Of a stretch of DNA of 21,033 nucleotides, positions 1 to 10,636 are shown one piece after another; position 1 is the first letter of the stretch; each line of letters begins with the position of its first letter. The stretch comes from Azolla caroliniana (Eukaryota > Plantae > Polypodiophyta): positions 1 to 21,033 of the forward strand of contig JBHGNT010000548.1 in the NCBI GenBank assembly GCA_043228905.1, written 5' to 3'. The translations under genes and the position numbers were made by a program. The notes beneath the pieces were generated by a model. That model made no database searches and had not been told where the DNA came from. It saw nothing but the letters and a program-made list of their open reading frames with translations.

Positions 1-374
1 AGCTTACACAGTATATGCGGGAGAGACAGAGAGAGTGAGAGAGAGAAAACACAAAAACTATATTCAACAAACAATCTCTATTCACCATTCTATACATATG
101 TGTGTTCAATGAACACTTTTATACAAGTCCTAGAAGGACTGACAAAAGTACTGACAGTACTTCAATGCTCATTAAGAGCTCCTACACTAACTCCCAAATA
201 TATTCCTCACGGAATATCTTTCCTAACAGCCTCCCGGTTTACGCACCGATCCGGCCCTACCTACGCACCGGTCTGCGTACCGGTTTACGCATTCGGCCTA
301 ACCGATCGGTCCCAACCGATCCGGTCCTCGGCTTCTTCAGCCGATCCGGCCGATGTTGAGCTTGTCTCTCAACA
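1..374 (-). mobile_element. LTR (5' or solo) of a Ty1/copia-type retrotransposon, element B; runs off the left edge
   Basis: On the - strand it begins TGTTGAGAGACAAGCTCAACA at 374, exactly where the protease frame of the adjacent element loses homology. GC-rich repeats (CCGATCGG, GCGTAAACCGG) follow, then a TATA-like TGTATAAAAG (~125-116) and a CT-rich tract, which is typical LTR order. The terminus is nearly identical to the one at 1039. Confidence 0.6.
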
Positions 375-849
375 CTTTCAAACCAGTTTGCATGTCCAGT
401 CATATGGTTAGATGCCCCCGAGTCTACATACCATGTAAACTCTTCATTACATTTCTGTGAGCTTTCAGCCACTGCTGCTATCTCATGTTGTACCACAAAT
501 GCACCATCTTTTTCACAATCTTCACTAGTTTGGGCATAGTTATTCTGTTGTCTCTTTCCTCTTTGCTCATCATTTTGCTTCTTGTAACATTCAGCCTGTG
601 TGTGGCCTGGTTTTCACAATACCAACAGCCATCATCATTTACATATGTTTGCTTACCTCTACCTTGGTTGGTCCCCCTGCCTCTGTTGTTGTTTCTTCCT
701 CTAATGGTTTGTTGTCCTCTTCCTTGATAACCATTATTGTTGGTTCTTGCAGAGCCAAATCTTTCATGGCCTCTTCCTCGGCCTCTTCCAGCACTATTAT
801 ATAGGGCTTGCCCCTCATTCTCAAGATTTCCTTTATTTACATCATCCAT
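375..849 (-). pseudogene. Ty1/copia gag C-terminus (RG-rich region, CCHC zinc knuckle) and aspartic protease N-terminus; frameshifted and truncated
   Basis: EGQALYNSAGRGRGRG...; restoring one base at ~611-615 gives CWYC(G)KPGHTQAEC (CX2CX4HX4C). That frame continues to WYVDSGASNHMTG, the copia protease active-site motif. It is cut at 375. Confidence 0.9.
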
Positions 850-1039
850 CTTATTCCTAAGTAATAAGTTACTTACATATGCAGCTAATTAGCTGCCTGT
901 AGCTAATTAGCTATCAGTCGCTAAATAGTTGTCAGTAGCTAATTAGTTGTTTCTCCTTTATGTTCACAAGTAGCTAAATAGCTACTATAGCTTATTTCCC
1001 AATAAGCATCACATACTATGTTGAGCTTGCTTCTCAACA
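850..1039 (-). mobile_element. Partial 5' LTR of copia element A, inserted into a LINE
   Basis: Starts TGTTGAGAAGCAAGCTCAACA at 1039 on the - strand, exactly at the left boundary of LINE homology. It contains ~5 copies of AGCTAATTAGCT-like palindromes and joins directly to late gag, implying an internal deletion. The 850 boundary is approximate. Confidence 0.55.
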
Positions 1040-1972
1040 ATAAGGTCAGTTGGGACCCTTTGCAATGGACATGGCGTGATCCTTACGCAGGGCAAGGAAG
1101 CAAACCCATCCCTTTCTTCCAATTCACAACTAGATTGGGTCGCCACATTCTAGCTACTCAAACCGCCCGAGAGCCGGTTGTTGCAAAGGTCTGGCACACA
1201 TTTCAAGTTCCTCACACAATTATCACCAAGTTTTAGCAGAAAATCTGGAAACAACAACACGTGAGACGAATTACCACGTTCCAATGGCTATTAATACATA
1301 AGTCACTATCGGTGGGAGCATGGCAATGTGGGAACCTTAGCTCTGCTAATTGTGTAGAGTGCCCAAATGTAGTAATATCAATATGACACGCTTTGTGGGA
1401 CTGTCCAGCGTCCCATCGAATATGGTGGGGGGTTGGCCGTTGGTTGCATTTATGCTAGGTGCAAGGCTCAATCAAGTGGGGAAATATATGTTGGCTATCA
1501 TGGCAAACCCCAATTGGCAAATACGAGCATCAGGAGGAGGGGATGACTTTGGTGATAAAAGCACAAGAGGTTTTTTTCTCCACCAACAGCAATGTCCACT
1601 CAACTCCTCTTAATGACAAATCTCAAGTTGTGTTGGAATTGGTCAACCCAATAACTCTTTGGATTCTATGGAAACAACGGTGTAGACGGGTCTTCTCCAA
1701 CCAAACCGTGCATCTAACAAGGTTACTGCAAGAGATATGTAGTGAAATTGTAGCGACTCTAAAGAGCCAATATGATGGCCTCAATGGCGGCTCTGACGGA
1801 GTTGAAAGACAACGAATAGCCTTCATCCAACAATGGTCGTCCTCTCCCTTTCTTGAGTGAGTGGGCATCCACATAAGATAGAACTATCGCATCCCTACAA
1901 GGATTTGTACATAATAGTCGCATTTGTAAAATTTTATAACTAATGGAAGGAGGTTTTTTTTGGAAAAAAAAA
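1040..1972 (+). mobile_element. 3' end of a degenerate LINE (L1-like non-LTR retrotransposon): ORF2 zf-RVT region, 3'UTR and poly(A)
   Basis: One frame reads through stops at 1234, 1384, 1456, 1858 and 1879: F*QKIWK...RITTFQWLLIHKSL...CVECPNVVISI*HALWDCPASHRIW...LWILWKQRCRRVF. This is the CCHC zf-RVT and WxxWxxRxxxxF signature. TAA at 1912-1914; A9 at 1964-1972. Confidence 0.88.
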
Positions 1973-2391
1973 GTTGATCAAAGAAGACATTAATCTTACA
2001 TTTACTTTACTACTTGTGTTGTCTACAAGTATGGTATGTCCATGAGTGCCTATGAATATATCGTATCCTATGAAAATATTTGTTGAGATTTGATCAAAAG
2101 AAGGAACATATTTGGATCATAAGCCATGAATTCCACTTCATGAACCCATGGTACTACTATCATAAAGCATTACCCATTAGACATCTAAGGTAAGAACTCT
2201 TGCAAGTGGTTGCATAAAGACCATATATTTTATTTTAAGTACCGTGGAAATTTAGCCATTTTGTATGAGTCCCTTTCGTCCATGCTACATTGACATTGTA
2301 TTATAGTAGCCCTCAAAATAGCAAGCAATGCAAGACTTTTATTCTTCCAGGGAATAAATTATTTGAACATGTACATATATGTATGTGGATG

Positions 2392-2415
2392 CACACACAC
2401 ACACACACACACACA
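2392..2415. repeat. (CA)12 microsatellite
   Basis: Read directly from the sequence. Confidence 0.95.
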
Positions 2416-3326
2416 TTTTCGAACAATGAGATATGCCAAACAAACTTGTGTGTCAAGGATTACCAAAATTAAGGCACTCTTAAACTTGTAACCAAAGATT
2501 TAGTAGTTGACCATGTTAATCATCATGCATAATAAACCAAAAATATTAGGAGAGAGTTGTAAGTATAGGATGGGAAAAGGAGAAAGGAAGACCACAATTA
2601 TAGTAGTGTATATTAAATGCTTTTATAGTGTTTGCGTGAAGACAAACAACTTCATGAAGATAAAATTCATTAAAGCATATGATATTAAAATAGGTATATT
2701 GGGAACGTAGAGGATGCTCACATGCAGTTAATACCTTAGAATACCAATGCAAGGAATACTATTGAATTAATTATACACTCTATTTTTGAAGCACGCAATC
2801 TTTCACACACACATTTAACTATAGTGGCACTAACAAACTCTCTTAATATGTCAATATACGCATTTGTTATCTCATGCTCTTGAGTCATATGATTCCATAA
2901 CAAAATATAAATGTCATCCGATTGTATTACCACAATAGTTGTATCCGTCGATTGCAGATTGTGAAGGCAAGAGACATGTGATTGTTCCACATTTAATACT
3001 TCTTTCCATGGGAAATGCATTTACACATTCCCGCATGACATGTCGAAATGCATAATACTTTACATAACGAATTTACCTTTATTCAAGAAAAAGTTGATGA
3101 CTTAATTGTATCCACATGATGTCTAGAGAATTAGAACTAAATTTCTACATGTGTGAGTTGAATAATGCATACATGGTCTTGTGATACATTGAAAAGCCGA
3201 GATTTCATTATTCTACTTAGAAAACATTATATTCCACATGTCAATAATGGGAAATCATGTGAGGTTATTGTTTTAAATTGGTTATGCACCATACAAATAT
3301 GCACATGGTGGGGGGAAGAGGGGCAT

Positions 3327-3353
3327 ATGATGATGATGATGATGATGATGATG
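3327..3353. repeat. (ATG)9 microsatellite
   Basis: Read directly; explains the poly-M and poly-S runs in spurious ORFs. Confidence 0.95.
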
Positions 3354-6300
3354 TACTACCGTCCTCGGCATGCCAACAACATGACAATGGGACCCATAAA
3401 AGTGTTTCAAGGGAATCTCCTCTAGTAATGTAGAGGGTACAACACATGCAACTCATTTGTTTTTCAAAATGTTTTATGTGCTCAAATGGAGAGCATATAT
3501 ATGCAATTAAGAGGTGGATCATTTGGCTGAGTAGAAGGTATCATGCGAAGGAAGGTAACAACAATTCTATAAAATTTATGTATGCTTCACTTCATGTTCC
3601 TCGTCCTCAATGCCCTAAACTCTCAAATGTTGTCTACTTAATTTGCATGCGCCACTTTTCAATTATATGATTATGCAACATGGCTAAAAAAGACCAATCG
3701 CCCATGTTTCACTTTGAATAGTGTGAGAATGAAGCTATTTGGATGTATCCCAACGTGTTGGTTGATGTGAGTGCAAAAGTATTCTGCGGACACACAAAAC
3801 AAACTAGTGTAGTTCAGCTGCTAAGGTTTATTAATGAAGACTTGAACCATGTCTTTTAAACCTACATTTCACATGATATTATAAAGTAAGTTAGCGAGAG
3901 TTCAATACCCTACATTTCACAAGATACTGGGTGATTTGTAAGAGTCAAGAGTGTAAAAATCCTACATTATGCAAGATCAATCTCTTTATAAATCTTACTA
4001 ATAGGGTAGAGCATTTAGAGAGACCAAAAGTATATACGTTGATTGGTGCAACATGGCTTATAAGTTGTATATGGTATAGCCCCAAGATAGAGATTGAATT
4101 GATGTATATAAATTGATAAGGTTATCCATGTGGGGACCAAAAGATCATAATCAGCTTCTATTGTTTTGTAGTGCCATCTATGAAAGCATGAAAAATAGTT
4201 ATGCTTTGCAAGATAACACATCAAACCTATAAGCACACCATACTTCTTTGAGGTTGAACAGCATGGATTTCAAATAATGCATATAAGTCTGTTTTATTTC
4301 ATTTCAACTCACTTTGTGACCAATTATTTGAAATTTCTCACAATGCATTCTTGTATCAGAAAACCTTAGGTTAAAGCATGACGGATGGACATTTGCAACA
4401 TGTCTTTCTTTTATTTCAACTTTCAAAGACTAGTTTAAATTATCAATTGTTGTTTCTAAGACGATGCAATTCTAGCATGAGTCTTTGGTGTTCTCATTCC
4501 CCGGTCATAGCTCACTTTTCAAATAAATTAAGTGTATGCAAAATCCCTTGAGTACAAAACAAGAAAAACTATTTGTCAGAGTTGTATAAGCTTATCATAC
4601 AAATTCATATGGATTAATGGTTATATGGACTAAGTGAAATGTGAACAAAAACACATGCAATAAAGTTGTCTTGAGCTCCCAAAAGCACAAGAGGACAAAT
4701 AAAATCTTCTCTTTTCTTGGGTGAAGAGCTACTCATGTGCAACGAGTTCTTTTAGGATTATATGTTATGTATATGCATGGCAAATTGCAATCCATTTGGA
4801 AAAGGAGGAATTATAAACAAATAAATCAATTGAATGGAAGTTGGTAGATCATAAAAATAAGAAGAAGGAATGTGATCAAGAGAGAGTACTTAAAAGATGA
4901 TGTCTCCTTGATGTAAGGGATCCTTGATGTTTCTCCAAATAGGAGGTAAATTCACATATTGGCCCTTCAAATTTACACTCTTATACCAAGATAAATGAAA
5001 CTTCTCAATGGATGTACATTATGTTTAAATAGCAATTATTTAAATTAGTAGATGCAAATGGCAATTGGTGGCCCTAGTTAAACATATGGGTGTTGCATGT
5101 GTTAAAAATCCATTTGTAATAGCCAATAGCCATTTTCGCCATCAATACATTAATAGGTTGTGCTATATGCGTATGAGGGTAGTAAACACAAAGAGAAAGT
5201 GAGAGAGAATGTGCAACATCGTTAGTGGATATTCTACGCGGATACTTTATAGACTCGGCATGTTCGATGGCTTGACTCTTGCATTATGTGTAAATGTGGA
5301 TGCATAATCTTGTACGATGTCAAACTTGTCCTCTTTTGAAATCTCTACATCTAAACAATAAATGCTCAATAGAATTTTGATAAGGTTGGGCTTCAAAGGT
5401 TATTAACTGTTTCTTTTGTTTAATTCATAAATACAAATGTGACATACAAATCATGTTGGGATAAGTTCCAAGTTCGTGACATACAGTCATTAGAAAAAGG
5501 CTACAACATTCTCTCTAAATACAATACTTACGAGAAAAGAACATGGATTTTCATCAAACATTATTTTCTATTTTTAAAATTCAGCGAAAGGTTGACAATT
5601 TGTTCACTTCATTTTGCAATGGCCTATGTGACCATTTGTTATAACTTATATAACTATGTTAGGAGTTAGGACCAAATAGAGACAAAAGTAGAACCAGATT
5701 GGTCCTATAGTTATTTGTTTTGTGGAATATGTTAGATAAGCATTATGTAATGGCAAACAACAAACAAACATTCTTTGATGAAACTCTATGTTAGTGAGTA
5801 TAACCTCTCATGATACTTGAAGATCAACTAGCAAAACTTTCCTTTTATATTAATACTAGTCATTATAAGTTATAACTATAGTTACGATTCACATTAACAA
5901 TGTGACAATAACCATTATGATCATTTGTGAAGTCATTATATTAGCTTGTATCATAATTAATTATTTTGAGCTAATTAGGTTACAACATAATTCATTAGTT
6001 TGTTGTGATTAGGTTGCATGATAGTTAGAGTGGGTTACTCTTTAATTGCTGTAATGAAGAACAAGAACCTCACTTTAATGGCGCTTATATTTTCCCATTT
6101 CATTTTCCCGCTCATTAAGGTCTATATCTAAGCAACATATCCCCCAATCTCTTTTGAGATTGAGGAAGAGTATGATGTATATTTACTCGAGCTAGAAGGG
6201 AATGGTATTTATGATATTTTGTCACCACACAAAACACGGTAGTTACAGTCATAAGAATTCTGGGAACATCTTAGATTTTTCAATTGTATGTGGAATTATA

Positions 6301-8866
6301 TCAATTACAATTCCACTCTTTTTAATAATATTGAAGCATGCCCTTTTTTAAACCCTAGAAAGACCAGGGGTATTCACACAAATAACACATTCTTTTGATT
6401 GATATCTCCATTTGCGATTCTCGATCGATCTCTTTTCTATTAGTTCTTTTATGGTCCCAAGAAGATCCTATTAAGCAAAAGAAAAGAAGGAAACTAAAAA
6501 ACAAGGGGGGAAATGTTGAATAGAAAAAGGAATGGACTAGGATGTGATGTTGCCAATGCCCAACATTTACTATTGTTAATTTACCTTCTCTTTACTTTTC
6601 TCTCCTCCACCCATCTCCTCACATAGATAGATGCTCGCTACTTTTGTCTCATACATTAAAACTATCAACTTGATCTCTTCTTTAATGTTAGTATATTATA
6701 GAAGCCTACCAAGTGTCCTCTTACCCTTCTCATGGTGTGTAATGGTAGGTGTGATGTGCCCAACAACGAAAACTTGAGACACACTTCCAAGAACAAAAAG
6801 AGGCATTTTATTTTAGCCAATTCATAGAGCGCATGATGTGCCCCTTCATTTAAAAAAAAGGAAGGGGGGGATGAGATGTGCGTCCAACTAGGATGCACCT
6901 TTTTAGTGGAGTGAAAAATACTTGTAATGTGTGGTTGTGATGCTTAAATTATTCTAAAAGCAAGTGTAAAACTGATACCTAGAAATTGTGGATTCGAACT
7001 CGATCAACTCGACTATGTCATGGGTAAGGAGTCGAGATATACACGTGTTCATTTACAAGACTTTTGCCTTATGAATACCTAAGCCTCAATTTTTCCATGA
7101 CTCGTTTTATTGGGGTCACTAGATTGTCTCCAAATGGATGCTTGATTTATGTGTGTTTTACGCAATTATCCACACAATTAAACAAGAAGGTTGTCACTTA
7201 CTTTGTGTCAAATAAAAGGTTGTAAAGGTGCTTAAGACCAATCAACCAAGAATAACTTTATTGTACTATATGATTAATAAATATTTTAACAAGTTAGAAA
7301 GCACAATCATTTTCTTAACTCGTTCTTTTATGCATGACTAGCAAGGGAATAAGAGTATTGTGTGATGTATGAGATGATTCATATAGCCCAACAAAAAGGG
7401 TATAATTTTGAAATGCTTGGAGGTTCAAAGATCAATTTTGTTCTCATGGTGGATCATGGCGTTGGGTACCCATCTAGATGGCCTTTTTTTGTCAATGATA
7501 CACATTCTTATTATCAACAACCAAAAGTTCCCCAAACACATCTTACAACATGTTGACCATTTTGTATCTTATGATATCCATTGCATCATGTTTTACAACA
7601 TGTTGAGCAATGTATATTTTACGGTATGTCCATCGGCATCATGTCCTACAAGACACTGACCACTTTATATCTTATATTGTCAACGGATATGCATGTTGCT
7701 TAGGCGTATTTGTTTATTTGTTGCAAATAAGAAGTTGTTCAAGATAATTAACCAATCGTTCGATTGGTAACAAAAGCGAAGATCATTTCATCGAACCATC
7801 AAGGGGGTTTAAATTACTAAAGGAGAGGTTGTACGTCCCCAACACTCTCTTTTTTCAACAAGATGTCTTCATGTTCATGTAGCTTCAATTGAACAAAGCA
7901 AATTTAGAAAATTTTCATTAGATGATATAATGATCGGGAATTTTGTCAATGATATCTTATTTAATAGATCAATTAATTAGGACCCCATTGAACAAACCAC
8001 AATACATTCCGACTTGTTCATAATCTCATTATTAATCACTTCATCAATGAGATCATCTGATTGAAAAGACCATTAAACTCTTAGAAAAGTTTGGGTGAAT
8101 CAATAAGGACAACACCTTCTCTCAAAACCATGGCATTCATAGATGGCCACCAACATGGCAATCACGTCATCAGTAAAAGAACCTTATTTTGGGTAAATCA
8201 TTTAATATAGGTAATTTTGATCACAAAAATGTTATTACAATATGTTCTCATACGGGAATCACTTAATAAGAAATGCCCCTATCTTTGGGAGGATTGTTTG
8301 GGTAGATTGTCTAGTTCTTGGGGTTGGGAGTTTACGACATATCAATTCACATTCATTTATGTACAATTGGGGCCACCAAGAAGAAGTCAATATAGTCAAT
8401 CAACTCAAGTGACGAAATACCTAACCATAATGCACAAATGAGAGCATCAACGAACGACTTCGAATCTCAACTTTGGCAACATCGAGGCCTACATTCATGC
8501 AAGAATTTCTTGGGCGTGACAATGACATGTGAGTTATATTGGTCTAAAACTTGACTTGAAGTAGTTCCTCATCGAGCGATATCGTCGCCCGCATTCACCT
8601 AAGACTTGTCGAGGGGCTCACTCGCGGAGGAGTGAAAATTTGAGCTATCCCTAGAGCAAGCGAGAAGTAAGGGCAGAACGTGGTTCATGTTTAGGGTGTA
8701 TATCTAAAAAATTGCAAGAGGCCGACAAAGGAACCCCCAGGTCGATGCTCCGATAACTCCGGCACAAGCGAAAACAACGTCAGGTAAGCAAAATGGACTA
8801 TAGAAAAGGGAGGTTGCGAACGGTTGCATGACTAAACAAGCAAAAAGTGGCAGGCAAGGCAAGCAG

Positions 8867-8868
<2 letters not shown>

Positions 8869-8926
<58 letters not shown>
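8869..8926. repeat. (CT)29 microsatellite (GAGA tract)
   Basis: Read directly from the sequence. Confidence 0.95.
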
Positions 8927-8929
<3 letters not shown>

Positions 8930-9042
8930 TTGAGTTGTGGGTGGTTGGCATGTAGTGAGTGAGAGAGGGAGTGTGAGTTTAAAGAAGGGAGGGAGGATAG
9001 GGCCATGGGATGATGATCATCACTCATCACATGAGTCCAAAA

Positions 9043-9058
9043 CACACACACACACACA
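9043..9058. repeat. (CA)8 microsatellite
   Basis: Read directly from the sequence. Confidence 0.9.
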
Positions 9059-9087
9059 AATAAAACAAAGCTGGGTGTGGGGACCAT

Positions 9088-9097
9088 GACACGTGGC
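9088..9097 (+). promoter_or_regulatory. G-box/ABRE (GACACGTGGC)
   Basis: Exact plant G-box/ABRE consensus, ~100-200 bp upstream of a pyrimidine-rich putative first exon. Confidence 0.5.
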
Positions 9098-9349
9098 GAG
9101 CCCTCATTGGGGGCTGACTTGGCAAGATCAACGGCTGAGATCATGGAGGCCCCCTTCCTAATCCCTCGCTAACTGCCCCCGCCCCCTCTCTCTATGTATG
9201 TAAACCCCCCCTTAAACCTCCCGGTTAATCCCCCCTCCTTTCACCGGCTCCTTCCCGTCCTCCCTCGGGTAGTTTCTTCCTGTGACCGACTGCTCCGGTG
9301 GCCCAAGGTTTTTGGGATTTCTTCACAATCTCTAATTTCTTCTCCTCCT

Positions 9350-9363
9350 CTTCTTCTTCTTCT

Positions 9364-9385
<22 letters not shown>
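9350..9385. repeat. (CTT)12 microsatellite
   Basis: Read directly from the sequence. Confidence 0.95.
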
Positions 9386-9397
<12 letters not shown>

Positions 9398-9439
9398 TCT
9401 CTTTCTTTCTTCAGTTTTTATTCTTCTCCCTCCTTCTTG

Positions 9440-9442
<3 letters not shown>

Positions 9443-9472
<30 letters not shown>
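9443..9472. repeat. (CT)15 microsatellite
   Basis: Read directly from the sequence. Confidence 0.95.
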
Positions 9473-9475
<3 letters not shown>

Positions 9476-10346
9476 TTTCTCCAATTTCCCCCTCAATCTT
9501 CAAGATCGGGTCGCAACCCAATTCATTCAAAACGAATCTGCCTCAGATTCCGAATCGCCCATCCCCTGCACTTCCTGATTCTGTTCTGATTTCATCTCTG
9601 TTCTCCTCTGTCCTAAACTTTTTCTAATCTCTTCTCTTCTGTCGCTCTATGATCTGATCTGATCCGACCATGTTAAGCCTTGATTGTTAATCTTCTCCCT
9701 GATCCCTGATCTCCAAACCCAAACATCTTAAATCTCTCAAAATGGCTCACTAATTGATGTGTATCTTTGCTTCTATCCTTAGTCATCCCTTCTGATCTTC
9801 TCCATTCTCTGCATATTTTCCATATGGGTATTCCGTATCCATCCCCATCTTAATCCGCATCAATTATGTTATCAAAAAGCATTTGAATTTCAATGAAAAG
9901 AAATTGACCGTAAAAAAGTTCTCTAATTTGTCGAAGTAACAATAGAAGAAAAAGAAAGTATGATGTCATTAGATCCATAGATTTTCATCAAGAACCGAAG
10001 GTACAAGAATGTGTTCTTCCGAGAGCACAAGAAGGTACAAATTCCATTGAAATGAATCATTTTGATTCTTGTATATTATACAAATATAATCAAATAATTA
10101 ATCTTGTTCAAATTACAATACCATAGAATGAATTCCTTACTCATGTATATTGAATTGATACATGCACATAATGTTGATGCATTGATTCTGCGTCTTTGTT
10201 AACCAAATTGTGGTTTTTATTGTGATCTATTTTGGTTTTGTGTTTCTCAGAGTCAGTTCATCGTAGCAGCATATCAAGACCTTCGGGATCTGACGATATT
10301 TTTAGTTGCCTCAAAGAAGAGATAAGGAGGAGACAAAGAAGTCAAA

Positions 10347-10427
10347 ATGCAACAACGCCGACGACAACAGAGGATCTGTTTTCCAGGCTATGATGGGACG
10401 CTACCTAAAGCAGTGCGCTCGTCAAGG
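10347..10427 (+). CDS. First coding exon (27 codons) of a probable telomere repeat-binding protein (TRP/TRFL family); remainder not seen in window
   Basis: AAAATG start, MQQRRRQQRICFPGYDGTLPKAVRSSR, then a perfect donor AGG|GTAAGT (phase 0). It resembles the TRP/TRFL N-terminal pattern M..KR...F.GY....P(R/K)A.RS.R as I recall it. The exon call is firmer than the family call. Confidence 0.55.
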
Positions 10428-10636
10428 GTAAGTCTTGATAGATAATAATGAATCGTGAATGATGATGATGGCATACGGTTATGATAGATGATGATGCATG
10501 ATGCTTGCTATGTTATCATCTGTCTGAGATATATGATGACAGAGATATAGACCTTTTCATGCGTCATGCCATGTGTTAGAGATTGAGATCTATACAGTCG
10601 CCCCTAAACAAAATGAAAAAGGACTCCATATATATG

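Larger units (their letters stand above)
9200..10346 (+). other. Putative 5'UTR: pyrimidine-rich non-coding exon (~9200-9509), 5'UTR intron (~9510-10250), UTR part of next exon (10251-10346)
   Basis: CT and CTT tracts; candidate donor CGG|GTCGC at 9510 (uncertain); strong acceptor TTTTGTGTTTCTCAG ending at 10250. No ATG in 10251-10346 and an in-frame TAA at 10323. The transcription start is not determined. Confidence 0.55.

Noticed and set aside
221-240. GGGAGGC-TGTTAGG on the - strand as a polypurine tract plus 3' LTR start, which would make a gag-only non-autonomous element
   Set aside because: The purine tract is weak. The terminus at 374 matches the one at 1039 and coincides exactly with loss of protease homology, so it is the better boundary.
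5620-6030. TAGGACCAA...TTGGTCCTA inverted repeat (5667-5708) amid TATAACT/AGTTATA motifs; possible MITE
   Set aside because: The arms are short, the context is low complexity, and no terminal inverted repeat or target-site duplication boundaries can be defined.
6990-7016. Pol III B-box-like GAGTTCGAATCC with an A-box-like TAGTCGAGTTG on the - strand (tRNA or SINE?)
   Set aside because: The boxes are only ~3 nt apart, and there is no cloverleaf or poly-A/T tail.
2000-8440. Numerous 60-95 aa ORFs in the intergenic region
   Set aside because: No recognisable domains, no consistent splice structure, AT-rich composition, and some are driven by microsatellites. Probably chance ORFs or heavily decayed transposons that I cannot classify.
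8704-9589. ORFs 8704-9144 (-) and 9194-9589 (+)
   Set aside because: They are open mainly because of (CT)n and (CTT)n tracts (ER, SL and poly-L runs); the region fits a promoter/5'UTR better.
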